Assembly (NCBI GenBank): GCA_036505555.1
Contig: DASXTH010000072.1
Span: forward strand, 1-61,180
Reading direction: 5' to 3'
DNA from: Candidatus Limnocylindrales bacterium
GTDB lineage: Bacteria; Chloroflexota; Limnocylindria; Limnocylindrales; CSP1-4
DNA: 61,180 nt
This document shows positions 54,856 through 61,180 of this stretch, piece by piece. The notes below the pieces were generated by a model that was not told the origin of the DNA, searched no databases, and worked only from the letters and a program-made list of their open reading frames with translations. Each line of letters opens with the position of its first letter. Within the stretch, counting starts at the first letter, position 1. The position numbers and the translations under genes are program-made.

Positions 54856-55347
54856 CTACGCTCCCACCGCGTCGTCGGTTTCAGCCGGCATCCGGAGTGG
54901 CCGGTGTTCGAAGCCGCTCGAGAACACGACGTCGGTCTCCGTCTGGAAGACGTTCGACGTGGACTGGACCTGGCGCAGGACGCGCTCGAGGTCGCGGGTG
55001 TCGCGGGCGCGAACCTTGATCAGGTAATCCGCCTCGCCGCTGATGTGATGGCACTCCTCGATCTCCGGGATCGCGGCGAACGCCGCGGTCAGATCGTTTG
55101 CCATCGTTCCCGGCGCCTGGGTGACCCAGCTGAACGCGAGGACGTCATAGCCGACCGCGCGCGGATCGACGAGCGCGGCGTAGCCGCGGATGACCCCGCG
55201 GGCTTCGAGCTTCTTGACCCGCTCGTGGGCGGACGGCCCGCTCATCCCGACGTCGGCGCCGAGGTCGGCGTAGGCCCGACGGCCGTCCCGCTGGAGGACC
55301 CCGAGAATCCGCGCGTCGTTCGTACTGATCCGTTCAGGTGACGGCAT
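54856..55347 (-). CDS. Lrp/AsnC-family transcriptional regulator
   Basis: DARILGVLQRDGRRAYADLGADVGMSGPSAHERVKKLEARGVI is the HTH_AsnC pattern, and the C-terminal RAM domain is present. Confidence 0.85.
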   Translation of the reverse strand: MPSPERISTNDARILGVLQRDGRRAYADLGADVGMSGPSAHERVKKLEARGVIRGYAALVDPRAVGYDVLAFSWVTQAPGTMANDLTAAFAAIPEIEECHHISGEADYLIKVRARDTRDLERVLRQVQSTSNVFQTETDVVFSSGFEHRPLRMPAETDDAVGA

Positions 55348-55361
55348 CTAGTCCCTATTCA

Positions 55362-55398
55362 TTAGGTTGATCACGTTGTCAGATCAACATCTGTTAGG
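55362..55398. promoter_or_regulatory. AT-rich divergent control region with the palindrome TTGATC-N9-GATCAA and a repeated TTAGGT
   Basis: TTGATC lies at 55367-55372 and GATCAA at 55382-55387. TTAGGT lies at 55362-55367 and 55393-55398. This is the lowest-GC stretch I noticed in the window, directly upstream of the Lrp gene, and is a plausible Lrp/AsnC operator or promoter. Confidence 0.35.
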
Positions 55399-55498
55399 TA
55401 TTATGGCGTGGAAGACATCTTGATCGTCGGTCCGTCGCACATCAGCGACGGGAGCTGGTGCGTACCGGCTCCGCGGCGATCACGCAGCGGAGGTTCCC

Positions 55499-55630
55499 AT
55501 GTTCGCCATCGGATTCGGGTTCCTGGTGCTGTTCTCCGTGATCAGCGTCCTGCTCGGCAACGAGGATCCCCGTCAGAAGACGGATCCTCGCGACAATCTG
55601 GCTCTCTGGGCTCGATTCGTCGCTCGCTGA
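55499..55630 (+). CDS. Small hydrophobic protein (43 aa), not present in the supplied ORF track (its shortest entry is 60 aa)
   Basis: ATG preceded by GGAGG (spacer 6 nt). Translation is MFAIGFGFLVLFSVISVLLGNEDPRQKTDPRDNLALWARFVAR, one TM helix plus a basic tail. A hairpin follows 26 nt downstream. Confidence 0.4.
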   Translation: MFAIGFGFLVLFSVISVLLGNEDPRQKTDPRDNLALWARFVAR

Positions 55631-55655
55631 GCGCGGTCTCGAACACCACCCCTAC

Positions 55656-55680
55656 GAGGTTCCGGCCTGCCCGGGACCTC
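55656..55680 (+). terminator. Hairpin after the small ORF, between convergent genes
   Basis: GAGGTTCCGG (55656-65) pairs with CCGGGACCTC (55671-80) with one G-U pair, across a 5-nt loop. It is followed by GTTTCG. Confidence 0.45.
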
Positions 55681-55737
55681 GTTTCGATTCCGGATCGGAT
55701 TCTGCGCCGCCGTCATCAGACCACGAACTGAGGATTC

Positions 55738-56049
55738 TCACCACGCGCCAGCGCGCCGATGCGCGACCTCCCCGAGGCGGTCCGCCGGCAGATGCGCCTC
55801 CAGACACGTGACCCCGGTCGAGCCGACGACGGCGTCGTGACGGGTTCCTGCCGGAAGCTCGAGCCGGTCCCCGGCCTCCAGATCGACGACCTCGCCGATG
55901 TCCGGCAGCCCGAACGAGATCGATCCGGCGGCGACGACGATCACCTTGTCGTAGCCGTGCTCGTGCGCCCCGTAGCGGTCACCTGGGCCGTTCGACCACG
56001 GCGCCGGAGCGAGGCCCTCCGCCTGCAGCCGGCGCGCCGAATCGTCCAT
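55738..56049 (-). CDS. Cupin-domain protein
   Basis: ATG at residue 40 of ORF 55738..56166. YGAHEHGYDKVIVVAAGSI...LEAGDRLELPAGTRHDAVV has the two-motif cupin layout. Confidence 0.65.
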   Translation of the reverse strand: MDDSARRLQAEGLAPAPWSNGPGDRYGAHEHGYDKVIVVAAGSISFGLPDIGEVVDLEAGDRLELPAGTRHDAVVGSTGVTCLEAHLPADRLGEVAHRRAGAW

Positions 56050-56062
56050 CGGGCGGTCCGCG

Positions 56063-57199
56063 TCAGCCGGCGACCGACACGCCAATCGCCGTCCCGACGG
56101 CGTAGGTGACGACCGCCGCCGCGGTCCCGATGAGGACCTGCCGGGCGCCCGAGAACAGCACCCCACGGCCCGTGAGCAGGCTCACCCCCGCGCCGACCCC
56201 GAACAGCGCCACCAGGCTCAGCCCGATCGCGGTGACGAACGCAACGACCCCGCCGCCGACGATGTACGGCAGCACGGGGACGAACGCGCCGAGCGCGAAC
56301 GCGACGAACGACCCGAAAGCCGCCCCGAACGGCGAGCCGAGCTCGTCCGGGTCGAGCCCGAGCTCCTCGCGGATCAGCTGCTCGAGCGCCCGCTCCGGGT
56401 CCTCGAACAGGCGATGAGCGATCGCCCTGGCCTCGTCCTCCTGGAAGCCCTTGGCCCGGTAGAGCGCGGCCATCTCGGCCTCCTCCTCTTCGGGCATCGC
56501 CTCGAGCTCGGCCCGCTCGAGGGCGATCTGGCGCTCGAAGAGCTCGCGCTGGCTCTGCATCGAGATGTACTCGCCGGCGGCCATGCTGAATGCCCCGGCA
56601 AGGAGCCCGGCCACGCCGGCAAGGAGGATGAAGTGGCTCTGCGCTCCGGTGGGGCCGGACGCACCGGCGACACCCATCACGAGCGCGAGGTTGGAGACGA
56701 GCCCGTCGCTCACGCCGAAGATGACCGCGCGCAGGGTCCCGGACCGGCCGGAGCGATGCCAACGCTCGCGGCCCGCGATGTCCCGGTCCGGGTGGTACTC
56801 GGGGTCCTTCAGCCGGCGCCAGATCTCGGCGTGCTCGCGCTCGTCGGCGGCGATCGCCTCGATCTCGGGGCTGGCGGTCTGGCCCTCGTAGAGCTCCTCC
56901 TCGTCGCCCTCGAGGGCCGTCACGAGATCGCTCACGGCCTTCGTCCCGAAGACCCGCGCCAGCAGGAGGATCGCCGCAACGCGCAGGCGCGGGTGGCTGG
57001 GAGGCGGCGGGACGTCCACGCCGGCCTCGCGAAGCTTCCCGGCCCACACGTCCGCGTGGCGGCGCTCGTTGGCGGCGATCCGGTGGAAGGCGGCAGCACG
57101 CTGCGGATCCTTCTCGATCACGGCGAGCCGGTCGTACAAGAGGATCGCGTCGCGTTCGAGACGCAGGTTGGCAAGGCTCTGGGCCGGATCGATGGGCAT
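56063..57199 (-). CDS. VIT1/CCC1-family iron/manganese transporter with N-terminal ferritin-like domain
   Basis: Internal ATG of ORF 56063..57919. The ferritin-like motifs are ERRHADVW and DEREHAEIW. The membrane part LRAVIFGVSDGLVSNLALVMGVAG is typical of VIT1. Confidence 0.85.
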   Translation of the reverse strand: MPIDPAQSLANLRLERDAILLYDRLAVIEKDPQRAAAFHRIAANERRHADVWAGKLREAGVDVPPPPSHPRLRVAAILLLARVFGTKAVSDLVTALEGDEEELYEGQTASPEIEAIAADEREHAEIWRRLKDPEYHPDRDIAGRERWHRSGRSGTLRAVIFGVSDGLVSNLALVMGVAGASGPTGAQSHFILLAGVAGLLAGAFSMAAGEYISMQSQRELFERQIALERAELEAMPEEEEAEMAALYRAKGFQEDEARAIAHRLFEDPERALEQLIREELGLDPDELGSPFGAAFGSFVAFALGAFVPVLPYIVGGGVVAFVTAIGLSLVALFGVGAGVSLLTGRGVLFSGARQVLIGTAAAVVTYAVGTAIGVSVAG

Positions 57200-57233
57200 C
57201 AGGCCAATGCTACCCGGCAGTAGACTCGGCTCG

Positions 57234-58241
57234 ATGACGGCCCGGGACGCACCGCTCCGGTACCTCACCGCCGCCGACGTCGCGGTCGCGATGCCTCCCC
57301 TGCCCGAGCGGCTCCGCCTCGCCGAGCGCACGATGGTCGCCCTCGTCGACGACGCCGAGCTGCCGCCGAAGATCGGCGTCCACCCGCGACCCGACGGCTC
57401 CTTCGCGCACGCGATGCCGGCCCACCTGCGCGGCGCCGAGCCGACGGGCGCGGACGATCTGCTCGGGGTCAAGTGGATCGCAGGGTTTCCGACGAACCGG
57501 TCCGGCGCCCTGCCCGCGATCCACGGCCTGATCCTGCTCACCGACCCAGGCACCGGCGTTCCCGTTGCGATCCTCGATGCGGGGCCGATCACCGCCGAGC
57601 GGACCGCGGCGATCAGTGGCGTCGCGATCGCCCGGTTCGCGCCCGACGTCTTCGGTCGTGATCCGCGCGTCGCGCTGCTCGGGGCCGGCGTCCAGGGGCG
57701 GAGCCACGTCCCGGTCATCGGGAACGTCCTGCCGGGCGCGGATCTCCTGATCTTCGATCGCCACCCGGATCGGGCGGCCGGGCTGGCGGGGATCGCGGAA
57801 CGGACGCCCGGAATCCGGTCCGCGCGTTCCGCGGGGACGGCGCGGGACGCGACGCGATCGGCGGACGTCGTCGTCACGGCCGCGTCCTTCGCGCCTGCCG
57901 ACCAGCGGCAGACCCTCACCGATGACTGGCTGACCCCCGACGCCCTCGTCGTCGCCGTCGACTACGCGACCTACGTCGCCGCGTCCGTGGCGCGCGAGGC
58001 CGGCCTCTTCCTCGTCGACCATCGCGAGCAGTTCCTCGCCAACCGCGACGCCGGGAACTTCGACGGCTATCCCGATCCCGGCGGCACGCTCGGCGAGGCG
58101 ATCATCGCCGGCGCGCCCCGTCTCCCGCGCGGCCGGGCGCTCGTCACCCATCTCGGCGTGGGGCTGGCGGATCTGGTGTTCGGCGACGCGATCCTGCGCC
58201 GGGCGGTCGCTCGCGGGCTCGGGACGACGCTCCCACGCTGA
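57234..58241 (+). CDS. Ornithine cyclodeaminase / mu-crystallin family protein
   Basis: ATG at residue 56 of ORF 57069..58241. The Rossmann motif is LLGAGVQGRSHV, and the family-typical N-terminus is LRYLTAADVAVAMP. Confidence 0.8.
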   Translation: MTARDAPLRYLTAADVAVAMPPLPERLRLAERTMVALVDDAELPPKIGVHPRPDGSFAHAMPAHLRGAEPTGADDLLGVKWIAGFPTNRSGALPAIHGLILLTDPGTGVPVAILDAGPITAERTAAISGVAIARFAPDVFGRDPRVALLGAGVQGRSHVPVIGNVLPGADLLIFDRHPDRAAGLAGIAERTPGIRSARSAGTARDATRSADVVVTAASFAPADQRQTLTDDWLTPDALVVAVDYATYVAASVAREAGLFLVDHREQFLANRDAGNFDGYPDPGGTLGEAIIAGAPRLPRGRALVTHLGVGLADLVFGDAILRRAVARGLGTTLPR

Positions 58242-58389
58242 GCGTGCGTCCGGGCGGCGACCGACCGCGATCGCGTCCTCGTCTGTCCCGTGCGAGACGG
58301 ACGAGACGCGGAGGGCGCGAACGGGCACACTGCCGAGGCATCGCCCCGGCCCGAGGCACTCCCCGGCCGGGCCTGGAGGAGGGTCAGGC

Positions 58390-61041
58390 GTGCAGCGTCT
58401 GTTCTCGATCGTCCGGCGACTCGCGTGGATCGCCGTCATCCTCGTCGTGATCGTCGTCGCCCTAGCCGGGAGTTTCCTGACGATCCTGACGATCCGCGGC
58501 TTCCCGACGACGCACGGCACCCTCGCGATCGAAGGCCTCCAGGACTCGGTCCGGGTGACCCGCGACGCCGCGGGAATCGCCTGGATCGAGGCCGACAATG
58601 CCCACGATCTCTTCCTCGCCCAGGGCTACGTCCACGCCCAGGACCGGATGTGGCAGATGGAAGTCTGGCGCCACATCTCGTCCGGTCGGTTGTCGGAGCT
58701 GTTCGGATCGAGCACGGTCGGCGAGGACCGCTTCATCCGGACGCTCGGCTGGCAGCAGGCGGCCGAGCGAGACCTGAACGCCCTCCCGGACGATGCCAGG
58801 GCCATCCTCGCGGCGTACGCGACTGGGGTGAACGACTGGATCGACGACCACCAGGGATCGCTGTCACTGCCGTTCGTCGTGACCGGGCTCAAGACCGGAA
58901 CCGGCGGGATCGGCGGCTACCGCCTGGAGCGCTGGACGGCGGTCGACACGCTGGCCTGGCAGAAGGTCCAGGCGTGGCAGCTCGGCGGGAACTTCGACAC
59001 CGAGATCTTCCGGATGCTCGCGGACGCCAAGCTGGGCGACCCGGCCCGGACCGACGAGCTCTTCCCGGCGTACGGCCCGACGATGCCCGTGATCACCCCG
59101 AGCGGGCTGAAGGGATCAGGCGGGGCGGGCTCGACGAAGAGCCCGCCGACGACGGCGAGCACTGGGTCGCCAGGTTCCACCCGGATCACCGCGACCGCGA
59201 TCGGGGACCCCGAGGCGTGGCGGTCGGTCGCGGCGGTCGGCGATCGCGTGCTCGCGATCGCCGGGCTCGACGCCGCCGACGGGATCGCCGGCGACCACCA
59301 GGTCGGCTCGAACAACTGGGTCGTGGGCCCGTCGAAGACGACGACGAAGACGGCGCTGCTGGCGAACGACCCGCATCTCGGCATCGGGATGCCGTCGGTC
59401 TGGTACATGAACGGACTCCGCTGCCGGATGATCAGCAAGGCGTGCCCGTTCGACGTCGCGGGCGTGACGTTCCCGGGCGTCCCCGGGGTCGTCCTCGGCC
59501 ACAACGCGAAGATCGCCTGGGGGGCGACAAACGTCGATCCGGACGTCCAGGACCTGTTCTCGATCGCGCCTGACCCGGCGAACCCCGCGAACTACCTCGT
59601 CGGCGGCGAGTCGGTCCCGTACGACGTCCGGCATGAGCTCATCCATGTCGCCGGCGGGGCGGACGTCACGCTCGATGTGCGGACGACCCGCGACGGCCCG
59701 ATCGTCAACGACGTCGACTCGCGGCTGAAGGACGCGCCACCGCTCGCGCTGCGCTGGACCGCGACCGACGCCGTCGACGGCACGCTGGAGGCGATCCTGC
59801 GGGTCAACACGGCCGCGAACTTCGCCCAGTTCCACGCGGCATTCGAGACGTACGGCGCCCCGTCCCAGAATTTCGTGTACGCCGATGCCGACGGGCACAT
59901 CGGGTATGTCCTGCCGGGCCGGATCCCGATCCGGGCGGACCCAGACGACCGCGGCGCGCGGATCCGGCCGGGCGACGGGAGTCACGACTGGACGGGGACG
60001 ATCCCGTTCGAAGACCTGCCGTGGCAGCTCGACCCGGCGGGCGGGATGATCGTCACCGCGAACAACGCCCCGGTCGATGCGTCCTACCCGCACTTCATCG
60101 CGCAGGAATGGGATCCGGGGTATCGGGCCGAGCGGATCACGACCCTCCTCGACGACGCCGCCGGGTCCGGCGGCGTCACGCGGGCCGAGATGGAGGCGAT
60201 CCAGCTCGACACCCATCTCATCCGCGCCGAATCGATCGGGCCGATCGCGGCGGCGACCGGGACCGCCACGCCCGACGGCGCCCTCGTTGCGGACGCGATC
60301 GGCAAGTGGTCCAGCTTCACCTGCCCGATCGACGGGCCGGCGAGCGCCGGATGCGGAGCCTACCTCGCGTTCGAGTACCGACTCGTGCGCGATCTGTTCG
60401 ACGACGAGCTGGGTCCGCTGGCGCGGGAGTACGTCGGCGGTTCGGCGTCGCTCCAGGCGATGATCGCGGCCCTCGGCGAGGCCGATTCGCCGTGGTGGGA
60501 CGACGTCACCACGAGCGGCTTCCGCGAGTCGCGCAGCGACCTGATCGGCCGGGCGCTCGACGAGGCGGGCAGGGAGCTCCGGGCAGCCTATGGCGATCCG
60601 CCGAACTGGACGTGGGGAAAGATGCACGCGGCGCGGTTCGCCGAGGCGACGCTGGGGTCGTCGGGGATCGGGCCGCTCGAGTGGTACTTCGACAAGGGGC
60701 CGTTCCCGGCTCCCGGCGCGGCCGGGGCGATCGACAACACGTACTACCGACCCTCACGCGCCTACCCGGATCCCGACGATCCCGCCTACGAGCCGGTAGG
60801 GATCGACCAGGTCTTTGGGGTCACGAACCTGCCGTCGTACCGCCTGACGATCGACATGGCCGATCCGGACGGCGCGACGATCGTCCAGACGACCGGCCAA
60901 AGCGGCAACCCATTCGATCGCCACTACGGCGACCTGATCGAGGACTGGCTGACCGGGAAGAGCGTGGCGCTGCCGTTCAGCCACGTGGCGGTCAGCCAGG
61001 CGACGATCGAGACGTTGCAGCTGGTTCCGCGATCGCGCTAG
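58390..61041 (+). CDS. Penicillin acylase family Ntn-hydrolase (S45), membrane-anchored or secreted
   Basis: GTG start. The N-terminal TM/signal is LAWIAVILVVIVVALAG. DRMWQMEVWRHISSGRLSELFG and the Ntn nucleophile context GSNNWVV are family signatures. Confidence 0.9.
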   Translation: MQRLFSIVRRLAWIAVILVVIVVALAGSFLTILTIRGFPTTHGTLAIEGLQDSVRVTRDAAGIAWIEADNAHDLFLAQGYVHAQDRMWQMEVWRHISSGRLSELFGSSTVGEDRFIRTLGWQQAAERDLNALPDDARAILAAYATGVNDWIDDHQGSLSLPFVVTGLKTGTGGIGGYRLERWTAVDTLAWQKVQAWQLGGNFDTEIFRMLADAKLGDPARTDELFPAYGPTMPVITPSGLKGSGGAGSTKSPPTTASTGSPGSTRITATAIGDPEAWRSVAAVGDRVLAIAGLDAADGIAGDHQVGSNNWVVGPSKTTTKTALLANDPHLGIGMPSVWYMNGLRCRMISKACPFDVAGVTFPGVPGVVLGHNAKIAWGATNVDPDVQDLFSIAPDPANPANYLVGGESVPYDVRHELIHVAGGADVTLDVRTTRDGPIVNDVDSRLKDAPPLALRWTATDAVDGTLEAILRVNTAANFAQFHAAFETYGAPSQNFVYADADGHIGYVLPGRIPIRADPDDRGARIRPGDGSHDWTGTIPFEDLPWQLDPAGGMIVTANNAPVDASYPHFIAQEWDPGYRAERITTLLDDAAGSGGVTRAEMEAIQLDTHLIRAESIGPIAAATGTATPDGALVADAIGKWSSFTCPIDGPASAGCGAYLAFEYRLVRDLFDDELGPLAREYVGGSASLQAMIAALGEADSPWWDDVTTSGFRESRSDLIGRALDEAGRELRAAYGDPPNWTWGKMHAARFAEATLGSSGIGPLEWYFDKGPFPAPGAAGAIDNTYYRPSRAYPDPDDPAYEPVGIDQVFGVTNLPSYRLTIDMADPDGATIVQTTGQSGNPFDRHYGDLIEDWLTGKSVALPFSHVAVSQATIETLQLVPRSR

Positions 61042-61068
61042 CCACACCAGGGTGGGGCCTGGCGGAAC

Positions 61069-61180
61069 CTACTCCTCGCTGATCGGCAGCGGACCGTCGG
61101 GCACCTCGATGATCACGCGGCCGTCCTCGATGACGACCGGGTAGATCTCGAGCGGGAGCTCGGCCGGCGGGTCGATCGGC
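61069..61180 (-). CDS. 3' end of an unidentified gene (last 36 codons only)
   Basis: The frame is open from the window edge to TAG at 61069-61071 and encodes ...LEIYPVVIEDGRVIIEVPDGPLPISEE. GC3 is high. The fragment is too short to name. Confidence 0.3.
   Translation of the reverse strand, partial: PIDPPAELPLEIYPVVIEDGRVIIEVPDGPLPISEE

Noticed and set aside
55408-55731. 107-aa + strand ORF from the track in the Lrp-cupin intergenic region.
   Set aside because: It has a poor coding signature and no RBS. The 43-codon ORF in another frame has a strong RBS, a TM helix and a terminator hairpin, and explains the region better.

Overview
This is a high-GC window (roughly 70% by eye), probably from an Actinomycetota- or Chloroflexota-like genome, although the lineage cannot be fixed from sequence alone. 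Genes were chosen from the ORF track by GC3-rich frame, recognisable catalytic motifs, signal peptides, RBS and start context, and stop/start coupling. Most long Arg/Pro/Gly-rich ORFs on the opposite strand or in shifted frames are shadow ORFs and were discarded.

Layout:
- 1-14.6 kb: housekeeping and secretome genes. These are a BTAD regulator tail, two PA-domain S8 subtilases, an S1 protease, mdh, ATP-type pckA, a beta-propeller lipoprotein, a cystathionine gamma-lyase/synthase, and a UbiA prenyltransferase.
- 14.7-47.3 kb: one minus-strand locus of about 33 kb encoding a phage-tail-like contractile injection system (eCIS/PLTS-like). From 5' to 3' it encodes a SARP regulator, sheath, tube, a CxxC protein, a Pro/Ala-rich tape-measure candidate, a DUF4255 cap and an AAA+ ATPase. 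An embedded island of about 9 kb follows, carrying putative cargo. The baseplate genes come next: tube-initiator-like, LysM-like, gpD hub, gpV spike, PAAR-like, gp25, two gpJ paralogs and gpI. The last gene encodes a 1442-aa protein in the tail-fibre position.
- The cargo island encodes an aspzincin-like peptidase, three DUF4157-type zincin multidomain proteins, and a papain-like C1 protease with a chagasin-type inhibitor.
- 47.6-61.2 kb: core genes. These are cystathionine beta-synthase, an MFS-cNMP fusion, an acyltransferase, lgt, an ECF sigma/anti-sigma pair, an Lrp regulator, a cupin, a ferritin-like-VIT1 transporter, an ornithine cyclodeaminase-like enzyme and a penicillin acylase.

No rRNA, tRNA, CRISPR array, transposase or integrase was seen. 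The most interesting part is the injection-system locus, in particular its mid-operon cargo island and the unusual domain fusions there. All family assignments come from motif recognition by eye, with no database search, and need HMM or structure confirmation.
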